DNA from: an uncultured Gammaproteobacteria bacterium
GTDB lineage: Bacteria; Patescibacteriota; Microgenomatia; Levybacterales; UBA12049
Assembly: GCA_964512695.1 (NCBI GenBank)
Contig: CAZEJU010000005.1
Location: forward strand, 5,668 to 69,667
Direction of reading: 5' to 3'
Length of the DNA: 64,000 bases
Shown piece by piece: positions 37,437 through 47,531 of the stretch; the first letter of the stretch is position 1; every line of letters begins with the position of its first letter. The notes beneath the pieces are model-generated. The model was given only the letters and a program-made list of their open reading frames with translations, did no database searches and was not told the DNA's origin. Made by a program: the position numbers and the translations under genes.

Positions 37437-37967
37437 TTACTTTGTTACATGATTTTCTGATACTTCATCGAGTGTTTCCATACCAATAAAAAATTCTACT
37501 TCTCCTTTAACATCAAGTATGGGAGAAATCCTGAGTAGAACAGGATAAAGCCGTCCATTTTTGTGTTTGTTGGTTACTTTTACCATGATAGCTTTCTTTT
37601 GCACTGCAATTTGATCCCACATCTCTTGATAGAATTCTCTTGTCATTTGGTTACCCCACAAGGCTGGAGTCTTCCCGAGTATCTCATGTGAAGAGTAACC
37701 GGTCGCAGCAACTACCTGTTCGTTTACATATAAAATAACACCATTTTTATCAGTTATAATAACTTGTCGTTCAATATCTTTTGAAATTGAGTTTATAAGT
37801 CCACAGCGCTCGCATTTTATATCAAATAACTGGAGCATGATCTGTTCTATGACAAGCAATTTGTTACATTTTGTACATCTATGTTTCTTCAGTAACTGTG
37901 TCTTAGCAACTTCAAGAGGAAATGAAACTGGTAAAAGACCTTGAGTACTACCTCGGTTATTGTTCAT
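37437..37967 (-). CDS. Com-like zinc-ribbon plus PAS domain protein
   Basis: RCTKCNKLL...IKCERCGLIN (Mu Com-type spacing) followed by VIITDKNGVILYVN...TGYS..EILGKTP PAS. Confidence 0.8.
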   Translation of the reverse strand: MNNNRGSTQGLLPVSFPLEVAKTQLLKKHRCTKCNKLLVIEQIMLQLFDIKCERCGLINSISKDIERQVIITDKNGVILYVNEQVVAATGYSSHEILGKTPALWGNQMTREFYQEMWDQIAVQKKAIMVKVTNKHKNGRLYPVLLRISPILDVKGEVEFFIGMETLDEVSENHVTK

Positions 37968-38145
37968 ATTGTACTTAAAGGTATTCTACCAAAAAACTCG
38001 TAGGTATTGCAGCGTTTGCCTTAGAGTTACTGAATCCATCTCTTCTATATTTTTGAGCTTTGCCTATATACCTTCTTTTCACGATAGTTGATCAATTAGT
38101 AACAAGTATTATTCAATTCCCAAAAAAAGAGTTTAAATTATTATA

Positions 38146-40896
38146 TCAACCCAGATCACTATTGAGATGACATTTTTTATATTTCTTCCCTGACCCACAC
38201 CAGCAGGGATCATTCCTGCCTGGTTTTTTAGGTTTAGAGCTAGATACGTTTGCAGCATTACCTCCTGCAGTACCTGAATGTGCGAGATTAGTTCTATTTT
38301 GCGTACCTGGTTTTTTCTGAGAATCTCCACTAACTTCACTCACGGGAGTATTCGTATGTATGTGCTGATGAAACTCCGGCGAAACCTGGACTTGTACTTT
38401 AAATATTCTGTGAACAATCTCGTCATCGACAGAGAACATTAATTGCTCAAACATACGAAAAGCTTCATTTTTATATTCTACCAATGGATCTTTCTGAGCA
38501 TAACCGCGTAATCCTATTCCTTGCCTCAAATCATCAATTGCATCGAGATGATCCATCCATAAACGATCAATTGATGCTAAAAATACATATCTTTCAATCT
38601 GTTTTGTTGTTTCTTTCCCTACTTGTTTCTCTTTCTTATCGTAAAGATCTTTTGCTAAATTTTGTAAAAATTCAATCTTCTCTTCTGGCATATGTACTTG
38701 CTGTAACTGTTTCATAAGTTGTTTTTGCGAAGATTCATCAAATGGTATAATGCTTTGAAAACTACTTACTATTCCTTCGTTTCCTGAGTCCACACTATCA
38801 GCTGACTCTGATGAGGCAAGAGAAATATGCACAATTGTTTCAATAGCTTTATCCACTCTCTGTAATATTTCTTTTTTCGCAAACTCGTCATCTGAATCAG
38901 TTTTTAATAAAATATCTCGTCGTAATGCATAAATAACTTCACGTTGTTTATTTAATACATCATCATATTCCACCAAATGCTTTCTAATATCGAAATTAAA
39001 TCCTTCTACTTTAACTTGTGCATGCTCTATGGAGCGTGAAACAAGTGGATGCTCGAGAGGAACATCCTCAGGCATATTAAATCTCGTCATTAATCCTGAA
39101 ATTCTATCTCCTCCGAAAAGCCGCATTATATCGTCATCTAATGATACATAAAAACGCGATTTTCCCGGGTCTCCCTGTCTTCCAGATCGTCCACGAAGTT
39201 GGTTATCAATACGTCGAGATTCATGTCGCTCCGTACCAATAACATATAATCCGCCTAACTCTAAGACTTCTTTATGCCCCTTTTCCCACTGTTTCCACTC
39301 TGTCGTTCCAAGCATGGGACGACCATCAGTATGTTTGGGACTCTCTCCACCAAGAATAATATCAACTCCCCGACCTGCCATGTTTGTTGCTACAGTCACT
39401 GCGCCTTTTTTCCCAGCTTGGGCAATAATTTGTGCTTCCCGAGCATGGTTTTTAGCGTTAAGTACTTCATGCTTTATACCTCTACGGCGCAATAGCTGTG
39501 ATAAGATTTCATTTTTTTCTATAGACGTTGTACCCACGAGAACTGGTTGACCTTCAGCATGCGCTTTTTCAATGTCATCAACAACAGCAGTTAATTTCGC
39601 ACGGGTGGTTTTATAGACAGCATCTGACTGATCCAAACGAGCCAAAGGATTATTTGTAGGAATAACAACAACGTCCAATTTATAGATCTTCTGGAATTCT
39701 TCAGCTTCTGTCACTGCTGTACCAGTCATACCAGCAAGTTTTTCATACATACGGAAATAATTCTGCAGTGATACTGTAGCAAGAGTTTTAGACTCTCTCT
39801 GAATAGGGACATTTTCTTTTGCTTCAATTGCTTGATGAATACCTTCTGATAATCTTCGTCCTTCCATAAGTCGTCCAGTAAATTCATCCACAAGGATAAC
39901 TTGATTATCACGTACAATGTATTCTTTCTCTTTATGAAACAATGTCCGGGCTTTTAAGGCTGCTTCTAAATGATAAACTGTATCAAAATCTTTTTCATAG
40001 ATATCCGCTATTCCGTACATTTTTTCAATTTTTGCGATACCATGATCTGTTAAATGCGCAGTTCGAAGTTTTTCATCAATTTTATAGTCGATTTCTGGAG
40101 TCAAACGCTGTACTACTTTTGCATATTCATAATATTTTTCGGATGGTGCTTCATCTGGAGCAGAAATAATATGCGGTGTTCTCGCTTCATCTATTAATAC
40201 CGAATCCACTTCATCAACAACTGCATAATAGTAATCTCGCTGAACTATATCTTTACTATCTTGTGCCATATTATCGCGGAGATAGTCAAAACCAAATTCA
40301 GAATTAATGCCATACGTTATATCTGTTTGATATGCTTCTTTGCGTGTGATAGGCCGGAGATGTGATAATCGATAGTCAATAGCGTTTTCATCCGTGTACT
40401 CTGGATCAAAAAGAAAAGAAGCATCATTTATAATTGAGGACACAGATATACCCAGAAGGTGAAATACTTGTCCCATCCAGCCCGCATCACGACGGGCAAG
40501 ATAATCGTTTACAGTCACTAGATGGACATTCTTACCTGTAAGACTATGAAGGTATAATGCAAAAATCGCTGTGAGTGTTTTTCCTTCTCCTGTTTTCTGT
40601 TCTGCAATCTTTCCACGTGATAAGGCAATTGCAGCCATTAGCTGTACATCATATGCGTGTATACTTAGTTTCCTTTTTGTGGCTTCACGTACGAGTGCAA
40701 AAGCCTCTGGTAGTAAACTATCAAGGGATTCCCCAGAAGTAAACCGTTCTTTAAATTCCGCAGTTTTTTTGGGAAAATCTTTCTCCTTAAGAGATGAAAG
40801 TGTATCTTCTAACGCATTAATTTGGTCAACAATAGAGCGAAGTCTTTTTACTTCTTTTTCATTCGAGTCAAATAGACTACTCAGGAATCGTACCAT
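38146..40896 (-). CDS. secA: Preprotein translocase SecA
   Basis: KTGEGKTL, VTVNDYLA, DEVDSVLIDEARTP, ATNMAGRG, RRIDNQLRGRSGRQGDPG, SEC-C motif GRNDPCWCGSGKKYKKCH. Confidence 0.98.
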   Translation of the reverse strand: MVRFLSSLFDSNEKEVKRLRSIVDQINALEDTLSSLKEKDFPKKTAEFKERFTSGESLDSLLPEAFALVREATKRKLSIHAYDVQLMAAIALSRGKIAEQKTGEGKTLTAIFALYLHSLTGKNVHLVTVNDYLARRDAGWMGQVFHLLGISVSSIINDASFLFDPEYTDENAIDYRLSHLRPITRKEAYQTDITYGINSEFGFDYLRDNMAQDSKDIVQRDYYYAVVDEVDSVLIDEARTPHIISAPDEAPSEKYYEYAKVVQRLTPEIDYKIDEKLRTAHLTDHGIAKIEKMYGIADIYEKDFDTVYHLEAALKARTLFHKEKEYIVRDNQVILVDEFTGRLMEGRRLSEGIHQAIEAKENVPIQRESKTLATVSLQNYFRMYEKLAGMTGTAVTEAEEFQKIYKLDVVVIPTNNPLARLDQSDAVYKTTRAKLTAVVDDIEKAHAEGQPVLVGTTSIEKNEILSQLLRRRGIKHEVLNAKNHAREAQIIAQAGKKGAVTVATNMAGRGVDIILGGESPKHTDGRPMLGTTEWKQWEKGHKEVLELGGLYVIGTERHESRRIDNQLRGRSGRQGDPGKSRFYVSLDDDIMRLFGGDRISGLMTRFNMPEDVPLEHPLVSRSIEHAQVKVEGFNFDIRKHLVEYDDVLNKQREVIYALRRDILLKTDSDDEFAKKEILQRVDKAIETIVHISLASSESADSVDSGNEGIVSSFQSIIPFDESSQKQLMKQLQQVHMPEEKIEFLQNLAKDLYDKKEKQVGKETTKQIERYVFLASIDRLWMDHLDAIDDLRQGIGLRGYAQKDPLVEYKNEAFRMFEQLMFSVDDEIVHRIFKVQVQVSPEFHQHIHTNTPVSEVSGDSQKKPGTQNRTNLAHSGTAGGNAANVSSSKPKKPGRNDPCWCGSGKKYKKCHLNSDLG

Positions 40897-41021
40897 AGCA
40901 CTTCATTTTAACATAGTGTAGGCTCAAATAAAAGTTAACCAAGTTTATTCGTATAAACTCATATCGAAATCATATATTAGAAAAAACAGTAAATGGTTAA
41001 TCGCTGGGAATCATATTTCCT

Positions 41022-41055
41022 AAAAAAATCCCCTACCGAAAAGGGCAGGGGATTT
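41022..41055 (-). terminator. Rho-independent terminator after the small basic peptide gene
   Basis: Minus strand AATCCCCTGCC-CTTTTC-GGTAGGGGATT followed by a T run. Confidence 0.8.
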
Positions 41056-41098
41056 ACCAATCGATCAATTGGTATTGATCAAAAAACGTAAAGAAAAG

Positions 41099-41158
41099 TT
41101 ACTTTCTTTTCTTTGTTGCTTTTTTCTTTACGACTTTCTTTGTTTTCTTTGCTGCCAT
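41099..41158 (-). CDS. 19-aa lysine-rich peptide MAAKKTKKVVKKKATKKRK
   Basis: Manual translation; strong SD AAGGGGGGTGA ending 7 nt before ATG; own terminator; below the ORF-track length cutoff. Confidence 0.75.
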   Translation of the reverse strand: MAAKKTKKVVKKKATKKRK

Positions 41159-41159
41159 G

Positions 41160-41310
41160 GTATAATCACCCCCCTTCGCCCTCCATTATTTTAGCGATGG
41201 AGGGTTTCCGCACCTTTGTTATTTATTAATCCGTTTCCTAATGTAGTATCAGGCTTCGGCGGGGCAGGCCCCCTTCCCGTATATCTTTCCCAAACTGAAA
41301 GAGCAGGTTA
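41160..41310 (-). promoter_or_regulatory. GC-rich structured leader (candidate cis-regulatory RNA or ncRNA)
   Basis: Hairpins CTTTC-AGTTTGG-GAAAG, GGGG-CCTG-CCCC and CCCTCCAT-N10-ATGGAGGG in an AT-rich background; TTGACA at 41340-41345 upstream. Confidence 0.45.
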
Positions 41311-41512
41311 TATTTATAGTTCACTATTTCGAGGCTGTTTGTCAAGAAAAAACGCAGCTTCAAAACTGATCATTTAGGTTGATAAACCAATAAAAATTAA
41401 TGAAGCTAAATATTTTTTTTTAAAAAATAAAACGAAGCTAAATGAGAGGAATTTTAAATTTACAATATTAAAAAATTGATTATAAATTTCAAATTATAAA
41501 GTAAAAATTATC

Positions 41513-42775
41513 TCAGTATGACTTTATAACATCTTTACCTATATATTTTCTTAAGACCTCAGGAACAACTACTGTTCCGTCTTCTTGCTGATAGTTTTCC
41601 ACTATAGCAATAAGTGTCCTACCTATAGCGAAAGCTGTTCCATTGAGAACATACGCAAACTCTGTACTATTTCCATCACGATAACGAATTTTCAATCTTC
41701 TCGACTGGAAATCTGTCACTGTCGATACCGATGTTACTTCGCGGTATTTATTCTGAGCTGGCATCCATGCTTCTATATCATACTTACGAGCTGCTGGAAA
41801 TCCAAGATCCCCTGTACACATTTTTACCACTTGATAAGGAATATCTAATGATTGAAAAAATCTCTCTTCAAGCGACAAAAGATATTCATGCTCTTCATCA
41901 TCTTTACCTTTTTCTACATACGAAACCATCTCCACTTTATGAAATTGATGAACTCTTAGAATTCCTCTCGTATCTTTTCCATAAGAACCAGCTTCCCGGC
42001 GAAATGCGCTTCCAAAACCAACATATCTTTTTGGTAAATCTTTCTTATCCAAAATTTCTTCACGATGCATGGGAACTAATGCATGCTCTGCCGTACCCAC
42101 AAGTACAAGATCATCAGATGGAATCATAAACATATCTTCATCTCCTCCATTTTCCATATAACCAAGTCCTTGCATTGTTTCTTTTTTAATGAGATCTGGA
42201 GTCATTACGGGTGTGAATCCTTCCTTAGTTAAGGTTTCCATAGCGAACTGTACAAGCGCCAACTCCAGTAAAACAGCATCTCCTTTAAGATACGCAAATC
42301 GCGCACCAGAAACCTTAGATGCCCGCTCAATATCTATAATTCCCAATTTTTCACCCAATTCTAGATGGTCTTTTGGAGTAAATGAAAACTTTGTTGGCTC
42401 TTTGTAAGTACGAATAACTTCATTTTCTTTATCATCTTTTCCTATTTTTACATCAGATTTTGCCGGGTTTGGTATGGATATAAGTAATGGATGAAGTTCT
42501 TCATGTGAAGTTTTCAATAGTTCTTCTTTCTCATCAAGTTTTTGTTTTAAAACCTTTCCCTCTTGAATTATTTTTTGTCTTTCACCATTTGCTGCCTGCG
42601 AAACTTCTTTTGCGAATTTATTTCTTTCTTCACGCAGTTTTTGGACTTCTAAAAGGAGTGTCTTATGTGTCTCAACCTTTTCGAGAATAGCATCAATATC
42701 CACGCTGATTCCTTTATGCGAAGCAGCATCTTTAATCTTTTGTGGGCTCTCGAGGATAACATTTATATCTAACAT
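41513..42775 (-). CDS. serS: Seryl-tRNA synthetase
   Basis: GTAEH, FRREAGSYGKDTRGILRVHQFHKVE, YDIEAW, LNGTAFAIGR. Confidence 0.97.
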   Translation of the reverse strand: MLDINVILESPQKIKDAASHKGISVDIDAILEKVETHKTLLLEVQKLREERNKFAKEVSQAANGERQKIIQEGKVLKQKLDEKEELLKTSHEELHPLLISIPNPAKSDVKIGKDDKENEVIRTYKEPTKFSFTPKDHLELGEKLGIIDIERASKVSGARFAYLKGDAVLLELALVQFAMETLTKEGFTPVMTPDLIKKETMQGLGYMENGGDEDMFMIPSDDLVLVGTAEHALVPMHREEILDKKDLPKRYVGFGSAFRREAGSYGKDTRGILRVHQFHKVEMVSYVEKGKDDEEHEYLLSLEERFFQSLDIPYQVVKMCTGDLGFPAARKYDIEAWMPAQNKYREVTSVSTVTDFQSRRLKIRYRDGNSTEFAYVLNGTAFAIGRTLIAIVENYQQEDGTVVVPEVLRKYIGKDVIKSY

Positions 42776-42786
42776 ATAAATACCTT

Positions 42787-43113
42787 CTATTTCTTAGAGG
42801 ATGTCTTCTTTTCCGCTTTTTTAACACCTGGCTTTTTCGAAGCTGTTTTTGTAGGAGTTTTTGACTTCACTGTAGGAGTAACATCTACAGACTTTGCTAA
42901 AGAAGCTTTCAGACGTGCAGCTTTATTTTTATGAATAATATGCTTTTTTGCAGCTTTATCAATACTTGAATAAGCTTCGCTAAGCATTTCCTTTGTGGGA
43001 TTGGCTTTCGCTTTTTTTACCAGCTTTTTAAAAGTCTCTTTTATTTTGAGATTATCTGCTGTTCGTTTTTTATCTTGTCGTAACTTTTTCTTTGCGTGTT
43101 TTAGTACTGGCAT
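42787..43113 (-). CDS. rpsT: 30S ribosomal protein S20 with Lys-rich C-terminal tail
   Basis: AKKKLRQ, IDKAAKKHIIHKNKAARLKASL. Confidence 0.95.
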   Translation of the reverse strand: MPVLKHAKKKLRQDKKRTADNLKIKETFKKLVKKAKANPTKEMLSEAYSSIDKAAKKHIIHKNKAARLKASLAKSVDVTPTVKSKTPTKTASKKPGVKKAEKKTSSKK

Positions 43114-43175
43114 TCCGCTATTTTAGCATGCTATACTTAAAAACACAACAATCCGCCCTTTGGGCGAATGTACAA

Positions 43176-43261
43176 TTTGTCATTTTCTATTGTCCATTTT
43201 TAGCAATAAATTTCCTCGTCTATCAATGCAAATGGAAAATGGCATCTGGAAAATGGAAAAT
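43176..43261. repeat. Inverted arrays of heptamer repeats
   Basis: gtcattt-tctattg-tccattt ... aaatgga-aaatggc-atctgga-aaatgga. Confidence 0.6.
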
Positions 43262-43269
43262 ATAGATAT

Positions 43270-45009
43270 ATGGCCCAAAACCTTCTACAAAAAAGTCTTA
43301 ACCTTCTCCTAAAACGACAAACGAACATTCTTTCCGCAGCTTTTATTATCATGTTAACAGTTATACTCTCTCAGATATTAGGGCTTGTGCGCCAACGTTT
43401 GTTAGTATCGATCTTCGGCGCATCAAGTACTCTAGGTATTTATAACTTCGCGACATTACTACCAGATACTATTTTCCAGCTAACAATTGCTGCTGCATTA
43501 TCTAGTGCATTTATTCCAGTTTTCTCTGATTTTCTTCATAAAGGAAAAAAAGAAGAAGCACATACTTTCACATCTACCCTTTTAGTACTTGGCCTAACTA
43601 CATTTTTTCTTTTATCAATACTTCTTTCACTCTTTGCTCCCTTTCTTTTACAACTTTTTAATGGGAGGGGACAGTTTACTACTCATGAAATGGACCTCAT
43701 GGCAAACTTGATGCGCATTGTTGTCTTCGGTCAGTTGTTATTTATTATAGGTACATTTCTTACTGCCATTCTACAATCGTATAATCATTTTTTTATACCG
43801 GGAATTGCAGCCGCCTTATATAATTTAGGCATTATTATCGGAGTTTTTTTTCTATCTGGATCGATCGGTATATATTCTGCCCCAGTAGGCATTATAATCG
43901 GCTCTACAATTTTTATTCTTGTTCAGTTACCGCTTGTATATAAAATTGGGTTTCATTTCAGACCAAAATTGCATTATCTTCGTTCAGAAGGTGTTAAACG
44001 AATAATTCATCTTATGTTACCCCGTACTATATCTATTATTGTCTTCCAGATAGGAACATTAGCTATAGCCTCACTTATTTCATTTCTTATAGATCCCGGC
44101 CGAATGCTGGTTATTTACGATTTCGCGAAAACGCTTGCTTTTGCTCCAGTAGTGCTTTTTGGCCAATCAATTGCCCAAGCAGCATTTCCAGTACTATCTC
44201 GAGAAAAAGATAACCTCCGGGTTTTTAAACAAACCTTTCTAAGCAGCTTTAACCAAATGTTATATCTCATTCTTCCTATTTCGGCATTAATTCTTGTATT
44301 AAGGATACCTATAGTTCGCCTTGTTTTTGGAGCTGATATGTTCGACTGGGATGCTACTGTTTTAACAGGACGGACCTTAGCGTTCTTCGCGCTATCCATC
44401 TTCGCATCTGCTCTGATATCACTCATTTATCGTGCTTTTTATGCTCTTCATGACACATTTTTACCATTTATAGTAGGTTTAATCTCTACACTTCTCATGA
44501 TCTTTCTTTCAGGACTTTTTGTGCTTATTTATAATAGTGGTTTGCAAAAACTTGTTTATCCATACTCCCTTTTCAACAGAATGATAGAAGGCGAATTAGT
44601 CGTAAGCTTCGGGGTAGAAGGATTAGCGTTTTCCTATACGATATCTACAATCGTGAGTCTTATGTTCCTGCTTATATTATTACGGCAACGTATTGGAGGT
44701 TTTCAGGATGCTGAATTTTTTACGCCACTTTTTAAAATCTTTTTCTCATCAATACTTACTACAATAGCTCTATACATCCCTTTAAAACTACTCGACCAGC
44801 TTGTCTTTGATACATCGCGAACAGTAGGTCTTCTCATTCTCACAGGGATTTCAAGTGCTATCGGACTTATGCTCTATCTTTTCCTTACATGGTTACTTGA
44901 TGTAAAAGAAGCAAAAACTTATCTATTAATGTTCAAAAAGGTTGGTAACTGGAAAGAAATCCTCGGTATATCTGAGGAAGTTATAGACGCCAACCGCGTC
45001 AACCCTTGA
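43270..45009 (+). CDS. murJ: Lipid II flippase MurJ (MviN)
   Basis: SQILGLVRQR, LPDTIF, ALSSAFIPVF, AFPVLS, RAFYALHDT; about 14 TM. Confidence 0.93.
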   Translation: MAQNLLQKSLNLLLKRQTNILSAAFIIMLTVILSQILGLVRQRLLVSIFGASSTLGIYNFATLLPDTIFQLTIAAALSSAFIPVFSDFLHKGKKEEAHTFTSTLLVLGLTTFFLLSILLSLFAPFLLQLFNGRGQFTTHEMDLMANLMRIVVFGQLLFIIGTFLTAILQSYNHFFIPGIAAALYNLGIIIGVFFLSGSIGIYSAPVGIIIGSTIFILVQLPLVYKIGFHFRPKLHYLRSEGVKRIIHLMLPRTISIIVFQIGTLAIASLISFLIDPGRMLVIYDFAKTLAFAPVVLFGQSIAQAAFPVLSREKDNLRVFKQTFLSSFNQMLYLILPISALILVLRIPIVRLVFGADMFDWDATVLTGRTLAFFALSIFASALISLIYRAFYALHDTFLPFIVGLISTLLMIFLSGLFVLIYNSGLQKLVYPYSLFNRMIEGELVVSFGVEGLAFSYTISTIVSLMFLLILLRQRIGGFQDAEFFTPLFKIFFSSILTTIALYIPLKLLDQLVFDTSRTVGLLILTGISSAIGLMLYLFLTWLLDVKEAKTYLLMFKKVGNWKEILGISEEVIDANRVNP

Positions 45010-45128
45010 AACTTCTACAAATAAAGTAAAAAACGATACCTTTTCTTATTCTTTTAAGGCTAATCTAATAGGTGTTTCTACTATTTAGTCAATGACTAAA
45101 TTAAATAAACATACCATTCTAAGCAAAC

Positions 45129-45150
45129 AAAAAATCCGCTTGCGCGGATT
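45129..45150 (-). terminator. Rho-independent terminator of groESL
   Basis: Minus strand AATCCGC-GCAA-GCGGATT followed by a T run, about 40 bp after the groEL stop. Confidence 0.75.
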
Positions 45151-45188
45151 CCTTATAAAACTTTTCACTTTCAATTTTTAACAATTAA

Positions 45189-46862
<1,674 letters not shown>

Positions 46863-46863
46863 T

Positions 46864-46962
46864 TAAGTTAAAAATGAAAAGTCAAAAGTGTAAAGTAATT
46901 AGCAAAAAATAATTATAAATTCCTAAACTTTTAATTTTTGACTTTTAAATTTTAATTTTGAA
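46864..46962. repeat. Inverted arrays of heptamer repeats between groES and groEL
   Basis: taagtta-aaaatga-aaagtca-aaagtgt-aaagtaa ... aaacttt-taatttt-tgacttt-taaattt-taatttt. Confidence 0.65.
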
Positions 46963-47262
46963 CTATTCAACTATTGCTAATAAATCAGACTGCTTAACAA
47001 GCTTCCATTCCTGATTTTCGACCTTTACTTCATTTCCACCCCACTTGGTATACATAACTTTCATACCAACTTTAACCACCATAGGAATTTTATTCCCTTT
47101 TTCATCGATTCCACCATCCCCAACTGCCATAACTTCCCCTATTTGTGGTTTTTCTTTTGCTGTTTCTGGAAGATAGATACCACTTTTCGTTTTTTCCTCT
47201 GCCTGAAGAGGTTTTACTAGTATATTGTCAAAGAGTGGTTTTATATTAAGTTTCGTTGCCAT
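46963..47262 (-). CDS. groS: Co-chaperonin GroES
   Basis: IKPLFDNILV, TKSGIYLPETAKEKP, VKVG, DLLAIVE. Confidence 0.97.
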   Translation of the reverse strand: MATKLNIKPLFDNILVKPLQAEEKTKSGIYLPETAKEKPQIGEVMAVGDGGIDEKGNKIPMVVKVGMKVMYTKWGGNEVKVENQEWKLVKQSDLLAIVE

Positions 47263-47283
47263 AACAATAAATTCTAAAAACTA

Positions 47284-47340
47284 TAATCACTTGGATTAAC
47301 TTACTGCTAATTTATACACTATGTTGTGAAATCTTGTCAA
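47284..47340 (-). promoter_or_regulatory. sigma70-type groES promoter with a degenerate CIRCE-like operator
   Basis: TTGACA-N18-TATAAA immediately followed by TTAGCAGTA-N9-AAGTGATTA (CIRCE consensus TTAGCACTC-N9-GAGTGCTAA; 13/18 match). Confidence 0.6.
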
Positions 47341-47531
47341 TAACCTATAGTTTATTAAATTGGTTTCAATAAAATATTGTAAAATAAGTAAAACTTATAA
47401 AAATAATATTTTTAAAAGAAGTATTTGATACTTTTGATATGCTTTTGATACCTTTTACATTTCTTTCACTTGACATTAACATAACTTCTTCTATACGATA
47501 ATCTTAAGCCGGAATCTTGGCTTTTACATAT

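Noticed and set aside
25800-38140. Pilus/signalling block as an integrative mobile element
   Set aside because: No integrase, transposase, tRNA target or convincing flanking direct repeats seen; a compositional shift could not be quantified by eye.
41160-41310. Identification as tRNA, SRP RNA, tmRNA or 6S RNA
   Set aside because: No T-loop or cloverleaf, no SRP GGAA-loop consensus and no tmRNA ends recognised; kept only as an unassigned structured leader.
46864-46962. CRISPR array
   Set aside because: Units are degenerate 7-mers without unique spacers, and no cas genes are present.
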